In this document: piece after piece, positions 1-9,943 of the stretch
Position numbering within the stretch: position 1 is the stretch's first letter
Layout of the letters: each line of letters opens with the position of its first letter
Assembly: GCA_030867685.1 (NCBI GenBank)
Contig: JAQOWU010000001.1
Coordinates: forward strand, 434,001-498,000
DNA length: 64,000 nt
From: Wickerhamiella versatilis
Lineage: Eukaryota
Direction: 5' to 3'
The notes under the pieces: model-generated
Database searches by the model: none
Told to the model about the DNA's origin: nothing
The model's input: the letters and a program-made list of their open reading frames with translations, nothing else
Translations under genes and position numbers: made by a program

Positions 1-1095
1 AACGAATTTGATATTGGACGGACTGTAGATATGCTTATGAGCACTTCCGCGCCACAGCAAGAAGAATCTGAGGATCAGTTTACACCCGCAGCTCCTCAAG
101 AAGAGGTTATCACGAAGGAAAGGATTGCTTCACGTATTATGTGTAAATACTTCCTACAGTCTGGTATTTGCATGCGAGGCAACGATTGTATGTACAGCCA
201 TGATATTTCGCAGCGCATATGTCGCTTCTGGTTACAAGGTCGTTGCCTAGCAGACGATAAGTGTGTTTTCTTACATGAAATCCCTGGAGAAATAGTTTCA
301 AAACTGAGTATCTCTGGACCTAAAGAGCCTGCAAAACCTCCGAAAATCGACAATCTGCCGGCTCTTGGAACTAAAAGAAGTCAATTAACAGGCCGTGGAG
401 ATGCCAGTAGACCTGCATCAGCAGTCGAAGTGGAAAGTGGTCCTACCTTGCCTGCCACGAGACCTGGAGCGAAGTTTGATTTTGCAAGCACACTGAAAAA
501 GAAAAAAGAGGCTGGAAAGTTGCCTGATATAAGTGTAAACCGAGGGCGCGTTCCGATTGCAGTACCACGTCGCGTACCATGGAAAAATCCTGATTTTGGG
601 ATTAACCAAGAGTATGTTGACTTAAGGCAATCGGCGAAACGGCTGGGTGAACTTAGAAATAAGTATCTCCAGCTTGCAACGAATGCTTGGAGTGCGAATG
701 ACCCAGCAGCAGCAAAAGCATTTTCAAAGCGTGGTCAAAATTTCCATCAACGCATGATAGATGCATATTTTGAAGGAGCTAGCCTTCTTTGGGAGCAACG
801 ACTCAAGCCAACCAGTGAGTTATACGTGGATTTGCATGGGTTAGAGCTAGGAAAGGCCATAGACCAGCTCGAATCGCGGCTGAATGAAATCGAGTCACAA
901 GATAAGGCAGAGCCTCGTGTGGCTTATATTTTATGCAGCCGAGGTCACTTCAAAGTAAAGCATCACTCCGATCAGTTAACACAGCATGTGCGCGTGTTTC
1001 TTGATGAACACGGATACTTACATAGAGACTTTGGTGAAGATCCAACCTTTGGCAGGATAATTGGGGTTGATCCTTGGTCTAGCATACGTAAATAA
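1..1095 (+). CDS. CCCH zinc-finger + Smr-domain protein, 5' partial
   Basis: Two CCCH fingers (CKYFLQSGICMRGNDCMYSH, CRFWLQGRCLADDKCVFLH), helical DUF1771-like segment, Smr start VDLHGL. The frame is open from base 1 (NEFDIGRTVDML), so the true start probably lies upstream of the window. Confidence 0.85.
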   Translation, partial: NEFDIGRTVDMLMSTSAPQQEESEDQFTPAAPQEEVITKERIASRIMCKYFLQSGICMRGNDCMYSHDISQRICRFWLQGRCLADDKCVFLHEIPGEIVSKLSISGPKEPAKPPKIDNLPALGTKRSQLTGRGDASRPASAVEVESGPTLPATRPGAKFDFASTLKKKKEAGKLPDISVNRGRVPIAVPRRVPWKNPDFGINQEYVDLRQSAKRLGELRNKYLQLATNAWSANDPAAAKAFSKRGQNFHQRMIDAYFEGASLLWEQRLKPTSELYVDLHGLELGKAIDQLESRLNEIESQDKAEPRVAYILCSRGHFKVKHHSDQLTQHVRVFLDEHGYLHRDFGEDPTFGRIIGVDPWSSIRK

Positions 1096-1366
1096 TAAAA
1101 GATTTAAGTACACTCGTGACTTTGTCCTTAGATTTATTGATAGACGCTTTAAGATTTTAGGTCTCAATTTATGCATCCTCATTTAACATCATAAAGCCTA
1201 CATCACCATCCCTGATTCACTGATTGCACCCAAACTTGTTATGAGAATTATATGAGTAGTGAAACCAAAAATTTATAGAACTAAGCTAAATTATGTGCTA
1301 AAAAATGTTTCAATATGCTTAGACACACCCGCCAAAGATTGAGCTGTTTTGTCATGCTATAAGTAG

Positions 1367-1876
1367 TTAGAGAGTGTTGCTACGCCACTTCTCAATGCCT
1401 TTCTGGAGAACCTTCCAATTAACACCATTAGATACGTGAACGAAGGTAACCCCGAGCCTCTCGACGTCTCGATTTCTTGACTCATCGTCAAAGAATAGCA
1501 TTTGATCAAAGTTAACTCCCGTATGCAATTGAAGCTCTTTGAAATGTTGAAGCTTCGTAGATGTACCCCATGCTGTGAATGCAAACATCGTGGATGCTGG
1601 TTTACCGTCGATCCAAATCATCGAAAGTAATGACTGCGCTACTCGAGGCGCATGCGTTCTGCTTGCTAGGCATATTTGTAAATCATCTCGTGACGCCAAG
1701 GTCTGCAAGATTTCCGGGACGTCTCGGTAGAAACGGAAGTTATCACCATAAGAATCAATCGCTGATGTGTGATCGACGGTTGGCTTTAGTGGTAATGTGA
1801 CATGCGTGTCGCACCAGAAGGGCCAAAGTGTATAGTCAAGGTCAAAAACTATAACTTTGGGCAGTGGACCTTCCAT
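1367..1876 (-). CDS. MDP1: Magnesium-dependent phosphatase 1 (HAD family, YER134C-like)
   Basis: VFDLDYTLWPFWCDTH, LASRT and FFDDESRN motifs. Confidence 0.92.
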   Translation of the reverse strand: MEGPLPKVIVFDLDYTLWPFWCDTHVTLPLKPTVDHTSAIDSYGDNFRFYRDVPEILQTLASRDDLQICLASRTHAPRVAQSLLSMIWIDGKPASTMFAFTAWGTSTKLQHFKELQLHTGVNFDQMLFFDDESRNRDVERLGVTFVHVSNGVNWKVLQKGIEKWRSNTL

Positions 1877-2396
1877 TAAATATTATAACAACTTAGTTTT
1901 TTTTGACTGAAGGTGCGAGAAAAGGAGTAATTATTGTTTACGTAACGTATCGGGAAATAACAACATATGCAAAGTCAAATGCCCTGCATAGAGGTGTGAG
2001 ACAGCGGGGATCGCAGTTTTCAAGTAATAAGTTAGGAGTTCTCTCTCACATCTAGATTATTATTTTAGTATGAGTTCCCCGGGACAAAAGAAATTGAGTC
2101 GAATGAACACCAGAAGCAGCCACTATCCTTCGGATATTATTTGACCTAATTCCAGGGAGGCTCTCATCTAGACATAGGTTCCATAAGACGGACTACTTAT
2201 AGTGTGTGTGACTTATTTGACAATATGTACCTATCTAAGTATGCATAATATTCAAAGGGGTAATGTCATATGCCGGTATCTGTATAATATCCGATTGACA
2301 GATTACAAATCACGGGAAATGTTCCGACTGTAGGGTTTCGAAAATACGATAGGAGAACTAAAAAAACAAAAACTAAAGCCTAATAATTTATATATG

Positions 2397-4295
2397 TTAC
2401 GATGACCGTTTTTCCAATACCAAATCGGTCCAGCACTGCTGTTTGCCAGTGCAGTTCGCCAAATTTTGTTGCAGGTACCAAACCCAGCGGATCCGCTCTT
2501 CCACCGTATCGGCGTAAAATGAGATAGCCTCTCCATCAATAAATGTGATTTGAAAAGAGCGGTCTTCATAAATACACCATAGATCATCACTTAGGGCCTC
2601 CTTAACACTCAAGGCTTCCCGCAAGTCAATGAGGAGTCTCCGTCTATGCGAGGCCTCATGGTGTGCGATGAGTTCGTTTCCATTTAGAGTGAAGTAACGC
2701 CTGCGCCACATGTTACAGTCACCTCCATTTTGAGTCAAATAGCCTTGAAGTTTAAGGCCTTTCTTCTGCATAGCCTGGTTTAGCTGGTCTTGAGCCTGCT
2801 TAAGCGATGTGGGCAATTCTTCATTTGCAAACAGCTTTGGCACGTACATCATAGTAATTTGCAGACCAGCACAGTGTTTTGGGCAATCCGGCGATTCCCA
2901 TTCATTGTAGCACGGAATTGTGTAGGACTTTACTGCACCATATATCTCTCGTTCGTAGTGGGACTCGAACAAATATCCTCGCCCGAACTCTCCGTCATTT
3001 CCGGTAATCTTGCGCCACATTCCAGACTTTCTTCTGTACTCCGACATGGCAATTTCATGTCCTTTCATGTCTCGAACGAACTGTTCTTGCGCAAGAGCCA
3101 GAGCTTGTTCTTGCTTGTGCTGTAGGCTCTTTTTCGGTGAATGACCTTTAAAGAAAGACTTGACGCTCTTTTTGGGGCTCTTCTCTTCTACCGGGCTGGG
3201 CTTTGGTTCTGTGGGAGGAACAAAGCGTGGTTTCGGAGGGGGCTGGAGCGCATCCATTTGAACTGCAATGGTCAAAACTAGCTCCAAGTCCTCAGCAACC
3301 ATTAGCTCAAACTCCTGGTTGACTTTAACTGTTATTTCTCCGTTGAAGTTCGGTGAGGTTATGGGAATAGCCGTAGTCGTGACGCACTGGAGCCCATTGT
3401 CCAGAGTTAAGGTGAAACGGGGATTCCGTCTCAAGTCAAGTGGAAGTCCACGCAAACCCATCAGCTTGTCTATTTGCAGAAATAGTCTTCCACGATCGTC
3501 CTTTGATACAGGGTCGATTTCTGCTATGTTAGGTTCCACCTCCAGCTGTGGCCTGGCAGCCTGCTTAATTACCTGAGGCTTATCCTGAGGCTCCTCTGAA
3601 TCAGAGGACTGTACGAGAGGCTCTGGCTGTGGCTGTGGCTCGAAGTGTGGTTCTTTCGATGGCTCCGGCTGGCTTGTGGGTAGTGGTGCAAGTAATTCTC
3701 TCCACAAATGGCCTGATTCCGATTTGCGTGCGGGCTGCGATTCTGGTTCGTTTTTCGCAGATTTCGAGGTCTCTGATGGGGAATCCGTCTTTTTAACGTC
3801 GAATTCCGATGATTCACTGAGGGGTGTGGGAATAGGTGACGAGTACGCCATCATCTCCAGAACGTTATCAGGGAGGTCTACCGCAGGATCAGGAGAATGC
3901 GATTCTTCACTAAGTGGAAGATTCTCCCGCGTACGCTTCTTGCGCAAACTCCGAAGGCGCTGGATGAGTGCATTATTCGTACTTGGACGAGTTTCCAGCT
4001 TTTTCGAGGCCTTTCGGGCTGCTATCGTATTGTGGCGACTCAGCGTCACTTTACCGAGCTCAGCTGCAAGGTCCCCACCAAAGTCAAATTCGTAGTCAAT
4101 TCCAGAATTAGTCGGAGGAGTGGGCTGCGGCATCTCTGCAATTTGAAGGTCGTCCAACTCTTCCCCGTAGCCGTCATTAGTCTCCTCCTGATGCTTCAAG
4201 TCAAATACGAAATCTGTACCATCATCTTGTGTTATCATTAATGGATTCCGGCGTAGAGCGAGGTCACTGTCTGTGCTCGCCATGCGCGAATGCAT
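2397..4295 (-). CDS. BUD4: Bud4/Int1 anillin-like septin organiser (anillin-homology + C-terminal PH domain), shortened
   Basis: DRGRLFLQI...FTLTLDNG...QEFEL, then PH domain GYLTQNGGDCNMWRRRYF...FYADT. Confidence 0.85.
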   Translation of the reverse strand: MHSRMASTDSDLALRRNPLMITQDDGTDFVFDLKHQEETNDGYGEELDDLQIAEMPQPTPPTNSGIDYEFDFGGDLAAELGKVTLSRHNTIAARKASKKLETRPSTNNALIQRLRSLRKKRTRENLPLSEESHSPDPAVDLPDNVLEMMAYSSPIPTPLSESSEFDVKKTDSPSETSKSAKNEPESQPARKSESGHLWRELLAPLPTSQPEPSKEPHFEPQPQPEPLVQSSDSEEPQDKPQVIKQAARPQLEVEPNIAEIDPVSKDDRGRLFLQIDKLMGLRGLPLDLRRNPRFTLTLDNGLQCVTTTAIPITSPNFNGEITVKVNQEFELMVAEDLELVLTIAVQMDALQPPPKPRFVPPTEPKPSPVEEKSPKKSVKSFFKGHSPKKSLQHKQEQALALAQEQFVRDMKGHEIAMSEYRRKSGMWRKITGNDGEFGRGYLFESHYEREIYGAVKSYTIPCYNEWESPDCPKHCAGLQITMMYVPKLFANEELPTSLKQAQDQLNQAMQKKGLKLQGYLTQNGGDCNMWRRRYFTLNGNELIAHHEASHRRRLLIDLREALSVKEALSDDLWCIYEDRSFQITFIDGEAISFYADTVEERIRWVWYLQQNLANCTGKQQCWTDLVLEKRSS

Positions 4296-4338
4296 ATGCT
4301 GGGAGATATGCTAGTCAAAAAATAGATGACTTTTGCTG

Positions 4339-4365
4339 TTGTTTAGATTTTTCCCAAAAGGGTAT
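4339..4365. promoter_or_regulatory. Putative Mcm1 + forkhead (CLB2-cluster type) composite site in the BUD4/INN1 bidirectional promoter
   Basis: Minus strand reads ATA-CC-CTTTTG-GG-AAAAAT-CTAAACAA: a CC-N6-GG box followed after 6 nt by a forkhead-like TAAACAA. Confidence 0.6.
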
Positions 4366-4437
4366 CCAACCCTAACCTTCACAACTTCAGCCATTTGATG
4401 CGTCAACTAGCGCTAAAGTCACGTCAGCGAGAAGACA

Positions 4438-5019
4438 ATGGACCGCTCGACTACGAGTGTTGCCAGCAGTCATTCGTTCGATAGCTTGGAGGAAGAAGTC
4501 CTGGGGACTCTAATAGTCGTTGTTATGAAAGCTAAGAACCTCCACAACAAGCGAGCCATATCCAAACAAAATCCATTTGTGTCAGTCAGGATCGGATCAG
4601 TGGCCAAGAGGACTCCAGTGCTTGTGCGAGGAGGTCAAACCCCGGTGTGGGATCACGAGAGTAGGTTCAAGATTCGTTCTGACGACGATCACTCTGCCCT
4701 GAAGCTTTGTGTGTTTGACCAAGTGGGCAGCAATGTGGACATAATTGGGGAGTCAGTAGTCCCATTGGCAGCCGCATTGAACAGTCCACCTCGAAAAGGG
4801 TTCGATTCTTGGCACCAGATCAGGCTTAAAGGCCGCTATGTGGGTGAAGTATATCTTGAGATGACTTTTTATCCTAAAAAGCGCTCATTCAATTCTTCAC
4901 GATCATCGCGTGTACCTGTGGGCCGCCCACTTCCCATGCCACCAGTCGACCAGCAAGACCTTGCTCGTGAGATCAATGATGGCTATGGTGCATCCATACT
5001 TGAGCGACTCCGACCCTAA
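4438..5019 (+). CDS. INN1: Ingression protein Inn1/Fic1 (C2 domain + PxxP tail)
   Basis: GTLIVVVMKAKNL...KQNPF...RGGQTPVWD...GEVYLEMTFY, then RPLPMPP. Adjacent to RPC31 as in S. cerevisiae. Confidence 0.85.
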   Translation: MDRSTTSVASSHSFDSLEEEVLGTLIVVVMKAKNLHNKRAISKQNPFVSVRIGSVAKRTPVLVRGGQTPVWDHESRFKIRSDDDHSALKLCVFDQVGSNVDIIGESVVPLAAALNSPPRKGFDSWHQIRLKGRYVGEVYLEMTFYPKKRSFNSSRSSRVPVGRPLPMPPVDQQDLAREINDGYGASILERLRP

Positions 5020-5093
5020 TTTTTTCTAGCATGGAGGACTCACTGCTAATTTTCTGTCAAATGTGATTGCTAAGTGCTTTCTATTTTTTTTAA

Positions 5094-5606
5094 TCAATAT
5101 GCAGCTTCCTCTACAACATCGTCATCGCCCATATCGTCATCTCCGTCGTCGAAATACTTTTCTGCATTATAATCGTCATCCTCCAACTCCTCGAACTCAT
5201 CCCCCTCGTCCACAGACTCTGCCCCGCTGGCTTCCTCTTCTTCATTGGTCTCCGCGGCCCGTTCAGCCCTTTCTGTGACTGAGGCAAGCCTGTCTGAGGC
5301 CGGCTGTTCCTGCTTGACAAAATTTCCACTTTCCGGTTCGACCCCTAGTGCCTTTCTGAGCTCGGGTGGGAAATGTTCGGGAACGAAACTGAAATTTTGT
5401 GCGGTATTCCCTATTTTTTGGGTGGATAGGTATCGATCTGTATAGCGTGAAATCGTGTCCGAGGCGACACGGCGGGTCTCATAGACTACATAGCCTTTTT
5501 GCTTGAGGTTATTACCCGTGAAAAAAGGCCCTCGACGAAAATCCATGCCCATTTCTTGGAGCTTCTCTGCGGCTCTGTGATCAAACGCTTCACCACATAT
5601 GTCCAT
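5094..5606 (-). CDS. RPC31: RNA polymerase III subunit C31
   Basis: GPFFTG, RYTDRY, FPPELR and acidic tail DDDYNAEKYFDDGDD. The N-terminus is short and the start is uncertain. Confidence 0.85.
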   Translation of the reverse strand: MDICGEAFDHRAAEKLQEMGMDFRRGPFFTGNNLKQKGYVVYETRRVASDTISRYTDRYLSTQKIGNTAQNFSFVPEHFPPELRKALGVEPESGNFVKQEQPASDRLASVTERAERAAETNEEEEASGAESVDEGDEFEELEDDDYNAEKYFDDGDDDMGDDDVVEEAAY

Positions 5607-5716
5607 CACTATTTTGTTGAGTCAGCAAAACACTCACAAGCGTTTGCCGGGCATATTTTTTTTTAATTGCAAGATTAGTATTGCAGACACATGCTCTAAA
5701 TCTTAGAATATGTACA

Positions 5717-6073
5717 CTAGGAAAGCAAATCACTCACATCTTCGTCACTAGGCATCTCTATCTCCGGTTCCTTCTTATTAGATGCGCCCTTTCGCTTCCT
5801 TAGCTTGCTTGAGGCAGCAGAATCTTCCTTGGTTCCAGTAGTCGATGATTCGCCACTAATACCGAGCTTTTCCTGGACTCTCGCCTGCTGATATCTGCGC
5901 GCACTTTCCTCCTGGGCGATCTTCTTCTCCTTGAGGCGTCGGCGCTCACCGAGAGTGGTCATCAAGTTTTGGATAAGTGGTCTAAGGACCAAGTAAGATG
6001 CAATTACTACTACAAGCCTCAGGTAATGCTCTGGACCCCATTCACCGAGTTTTTCTGGAAATCCTAGAATCAT
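5717..6073 (-). CDS. PGA2: Protein trafficking factor Pga2
   Basis: HYLRLVVVIASYLVLRP transmembrane motif, charged tail ending SDEDVSDLL, synteny with RPC31. Confidence 0.8.
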   Translation of the reverse strand: MILGFPEKLGEWGPEHYLRLVVVIASYLVLRPLIQNLMTTLGERRRLKEKKIAQEESARRYQQARVQEKLGISGESSTTGTKEDSAASSKLRKRKGASNKKEPEIEMPSDEDVSDLLS

Positions 6074-6258
6074 CTTGATGACAAATCATTCTGATTGGTG
6101 TTTCGTTCGCGAATTGAGAGGCCTGTATAAAGCAGGTACGCGGGAAAAAAAAATTGGAGACATCAACTTTTAGGAATCAAGATTCTAGCTGTATTGAGTT
6201 TCCGGGATTTTGAAGTACTAAGGAGGCCTTCCTTAGTTACGCATCCTGTTTTGATTCC

Positions 6259-7350
6259 ATGAATGCCGCTGTTGAGACGTTGGTTCGTGAAGCAGGTGTG
6301 ACAGAGACTGAGGCTCGTGAATTACTCGGAATTAGGGAAGATGTACCTTCCCAAAATCCCTTAGAGCAGCTCGTTCGCGAGGCCGGTGTATCTGAGAGAG
6401 AGGCCAAGGAGCTTCTCGGCATTCAAGAACCTCAATCCAAAAGTGATGATCCAAACATAGAGTTTTTACGTCAGAGCTTTCCCGACATTTCTGAGGCATC
6501 GCTCCGTGTACAGTTACAAGAAGCGAGGGGTGATGTGGAGAAGGCTACTGATCTCCTACTTAACCGCTCTGTCGTTCAAGATGTCGGTCCTCAGAACTTC
6601 GATAAGCGTCAGAGGAAAAAGGCACAGCAACTTAGAAGATCCAGAAGACGTGAAGTCAAGTTTGATCAGAAGCGCCAGGCTGATATCGAATTAATTGAAC
6701 AACTAACTAATTTGAATGCCAGTAAAAGCGCTGAGCTATATGATAGGGAAGGTCCCGAAGTCTTGTTTGAAGTTTTGATCCCTCAGAAATTTGTACCCCC
6801 TGGACAAATTCACCAACCGCAGCAGCCACAAGATACCTCGCGGTACCGATCACTCAGCCTTCTAGAAGACATAGTGGGAGTAAATCCTTCATTACGGACA
6901 ATATTGAATGCAATTGAACATCATGAGGTGCTGCTAGAGCGTGCGCAGGAGAGGGCGATGCGGTACTCCCACACACAAAGGGCCATCTCAGCTGATGCCT
7001 GGTCCTCGGTAAGGCAGGAACGGCGATTAATTCGGGAACTGCAAAGACTAAAAACTGTTCAGGGAGATTTTGCATGTTTGAGGAGATCCAACTTGCCTAA
7101 CATCGTAGATCTTCACGGCTATACATTGGATGTTGCACTGGATGTGGCTCAAAGAGTTGTGGATAATTTGCGTAAGCTTCCTCGAAATGACAGCATCGAA
7201 CTGGTAACAGGAGCCGGAAGGCACTCTCTTAATGGTGTTCCCGTTCTGAAAAATGGATTAAGGAAGTTACTTGAGGCTTCTAGGTTGAGATACCATGAGC
7301 TTGAGGGATCGTTTATTGTATATGGAGGTTTGCCCAGCACTTCAGCTTAA
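6259..7350 (+). CDS. CUE2: CUE- and Smr-domain protein, Cue2-like endonuclease
   Basis: CUE-like FLRQSFPDIS...GDVEKATDLLL; Smr VDLHGY...LVTGAGRHS. Confidence 0.7.
   Translation: MNAAVETLVREAGVTETEARELLGIREDVPSQNPLEQLVREAGVSEREAKELLGIQEPQSKSDDPNIEFLRQSFPDISEASLRVQLQEARGDVEKATDLLLNRSVVQDVGPQNFDKRQRKKAQQLRRSRRREVKFDQKRQADIELIEQLTNLNASKSAELYDREGPEVLFEVLIPQKFVPPGQIHQPQQPQDTSRYRSLSLLEDIVGVNPSLRTILNAIEHHEVLLERAQERAMRYSHTQRAISADAWSSVRQERRLIRELQRLKTVQGDFACLRRSNLPNIVDLHGYTLDVALDVAQRVVDNLRKLPRNDSIELVTGAGRHSLNGVPVLKNGLRKLLEASRLRYHELEGSFIVYGGLPSTSA
6271..6423 (+). repeat. Intragenic tandem duplication with 90-nt period (LVREAGVxExEAxELLGI x2)
   Basis: Copies start at 6271 and 6361; amino acids are conserved while synonymous sites differ. 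Confidence 0.85.
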
Positions 7351-7478
7351 TCTTAATGTGATAAATGTTTTTATTATTTCGCTAGCGTAAGGAAATTAAT
7401 GAAGGACCTAATGATCCAGATCGCACATCATCGCTGAATGCAGAGAGAGTGTGGGTCGGCTTTGTCATCAATTTGAGC

Positions 7479-8738
7479 ATGCCGCCGCGAACTCGATCTC
7501 GAAGAAAGGCGGAAGAAGCGGATCCAGATTTCGAGGACTCTGAAGCAGAGGTACAGAAACGTCGAAAGGTGGTTGATTCCGACTCAGAGTCTGAAGATAG
7601 TGATGATTACTTGCCTGCCGATAAGACCAGGAGATCGGTTGTGAAATCACTTGAACAAATATTTCACAAGCTAGTTTCAAAGGCTACAGAGAATGGTACA
7701 TTACAGCCTGGCACGAATGTTGAAGACTACTCGAGGTCTCTGGCCTGTGAAATTGAGAACTCGTTTTATGATGCACATGCGCAGAAGCGAGGTGATGTGG
7801 GCCAGCGATATCGTGATAGGTTCCGTTCTCTGAATTTTAACTTACGCAATGATAAGAATGAGAGCCTTCAGAGGCAGATAATAACCCGTGAATTGAGTCC
7901 CAGCGAATGCGCACACTTGACAACAGAACAAATGCTTAATCCTGAGCTCCGTAAACTGGCAGATGAAGTGAGGAAGGAGAGTATCAGGGAGTCAGTTCTT
8001 AAGCAGGACACTGCACCTCGTGTGCGAAAAACCCACAAGGGTGAGGAGGTTGTGGAGCTCGAAGACGATACAGTGAATGACAATGATGAGCCTTTGCCTG
8101 TCGCGACGCCAATCGTGCCTGCGAAGACAGATTTGGATCCTGTGATGTCCAGCAATGTACCAAGAAATCAAAACCAGGCAGATATAGCTAGAACAGGACA
8201 GACCAGTGAGTTCGCATCGTTCTCGCCACCAGCAAGCCCATCAATGAGCTCTGGAGAAGAAGGAGAGGAAGAGGAACAAGGAACCCAAGAAGAGAAACAG
8301 AACGTGGGGGATGAGAGGCCACCGAGTCGAGTCGTCTGGAAGGGAAATATCTCACTTGGTGATCGTATTTCATGTTTAGCCACCGCAATCCACCTTACCG
8401 GTCCTTCGGATTGGTCTACTGTTTTTGATCTTGAGAAGCCATTGGAGGTCGTTGGAAAAGTCAAAGAAGCAGAGGCGTACTCTTATCTAGAAAAATCCCC
8501 CCGCAAGACTGCGTGCCTTGCTATCGTTTCCGAGGACGGAAATGCCCTGAACGATTTAAGCAGGTATCTTCGGGAAAGATCCTGCGTAGGCGCTCTTGGT
8601 AACATAAAGTGGCCTACTCGAGATGCATATTTAATGAACGAGCCCCCTCAGCTCAACGATGAGGCGAAGTATACCCTTGACCATCTTAAGCAGGTCAACC
8701 CGAGTATTCTTATTGCGGTGTTCACGGTGACGAAATAG
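7479..8738 (+). CDS. BYE1: Bye1-like transcription factor (TFIIS central domain + SPOC), no PHD finger
   Basis: YRDRFRSLNFNLRNDKN...MLNPEL...RKTHKGEEVVE; SPOC start VWKGNI. First ATG is at 7479. Confidence 0.8.
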   Translation: MPPRTRSRRKAEEADPDFEDSEAEVQKRRKVVDSDSESEDSDDYLPADKTRRSVVKSLEQIFHKLVSKATENGTLQPGTNVEDYSRSLACEIENSFYDAHAQKRGDVGQRYRDRFRSLNFNLRNDKNESLQRQIITRELSPSECAHLTTEQMLNPELRKLADEVRKESIRESVLKQDTAPRVRKTHKGEEVVELEDDTVNDNDEPLPVATPIVPAKTDLDPVMSSNVPRNQNQADIARTGQTSEFASFSPPASPSMSSGEEGEEEEQGTQEEKQNVGDERPPSRVVWKGNISLGDRISCLATAIHLTGPSDWSTVFDLEKPLEVVGKVKEAEAYSYLEKSPRKTACLAIVSEDGNALNDLSRYLRERSCVGALGNIKWPTRDAYLMNEPPQLNDEAKYTLDHLKQVNPSILIAVFTVTK

Positions 8739-8938
8739 TAATGTAAATAAATTATCCTTTATTTTGGCAGAGACTAATAGTTCATGTCGAAGCTCAATAT
8801 AAGGATAATTTGGGGCTTAATAAAAATTATTGGACAGTACCCTAAGTAGATACTATTTTTAAATGTCTTTATCTTTACGGAGACTCTATGCTTAGATTAG
8901 AGCCGACCATTTGGCTGCCAGCAGCCCTATTTACATTA

Positions 8939-9943
8939 TCAGGAGACTGATCGAATAATGAGATCCCAAGTTCCAAACATTATAATTGAATTCGGAACAG
9001 TTCTCAGTAAGTGAGGCGTAAGACCGCCGTACATCGAAGCTAGTCCTTCTTCATGGATAACAAGACGGAAGCATTGTATGAGCCCCGTATATTTTGGACG
9101 ACCTCCTGATATTACCGGCGCTTGTCTCAATCGGGTACGAACAACCTCATGAGGGTAGGTGATCAGTGATGCCAACAATTTGGCCAATCCTGCGGCACCC
9201 GAGGTTGCACACCAGTTTGCGAATACATTTGGTACATGGCCACCTTCCCTATGCCTGTGTTCGTCTCGCTTTCTTATAAACTTCCGCATCTGCTCATATA
9301 GAGTCCATTGGATAGAGGATTCAGCGGTCCCAAGGTATGATGCACTGAGGCCTCGGTATAGTGCTGTAAAGCCCTCAGCCTTGAGAATTTTCCGAAAGCA
9401 ATCCATACTGTTACGATATTGCCGAGCACCAGCACGATCAAGCTGGAGTCTGGTTTTCACAAGCCAGATTGGATTCGTCACCGTCGAGGTAACGATTCCC
9501 GCAGAAACTCCTGCCATAAGATGGACGTACGCCGGTGCATCATCGTGTTTATGGTATCCAAAATATTCCGAAATGGCAGGCTTTGACAATCCATAGGTAA
9601 AAAAGTTCACGCTACGAGCTGGGATTACTCCAGCCAAATTTGGTCCTAGTCCTCGGAATAATGCTCGCCAACCTTCCACACGGTATATAGAGCTAATTAT
9701 TCCAAAAGTATCGGTAACATGGTACCAGCCAGAACGGAATAGACCGACACGTTGGTTTCGTATTGCGGAAAGAGCCTTGTGTTGATCTGACTGCAATCTG
9801 GTCTTTACTACATCAAAGGGGCATGTACAGGTAGCTCCTGCCATACCAGCAAAACCACCTGCGACAAAATGAACCCATGGTTTTACTTCCTTTGGCGGCG
9901 GTGGCCTTCCCTGAGATTTTTCATCCATGGCTGACGAAGCCAT
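8939..9943 (-). CDS. RIM2: Mitochondrial pyrimidine nucleotide carrier
   Basis: Three PxDxxKTRLQ-type carrier motifs; KPWVHFVAGG, YPHEVVRTRLRQ, GLTPHLLRTVPNS. Confidence 0.93.
   Translation of the reverse strand: MASSAMDEKSQGRPPPPKEVKPWVHFVAGGFAGMAGATCTCPFDVVKTRLQSDQHKALSAIRNQRVGLFRSGWYHVTDTFGIISSIYRVEGWRALFRGLGPNLAGVIPARSVNFFTYGLSKPAISEYFGYHKHDDAPAYVHLMAGVSAGIVTSTVTNPIWLVKTRLQLDRAGARQYRNSMDCFRKILKAEGFTALYRGLSASYLGTAESSIQWTLYEQMRKFIRKRDEHRHREGGHVPNVFANWCATSGAAGLAKLLASLITYPHEVVRTRLRQAPVISGGRPKYTGLIQCFRLVIHEEGLASMYGGLTPHLLRTVPNSIIMFGTWDLIIRSVS

Noticed and set aside
5609-5637. Possible 29-nt intron (minus strand GTGAGT...GCTGAC...TAG) linking the ATG at 5654 to RPC31
   Set aside because: Splicing puts the upstream ATG out of frame with RPC31, and the intron is implausibly short
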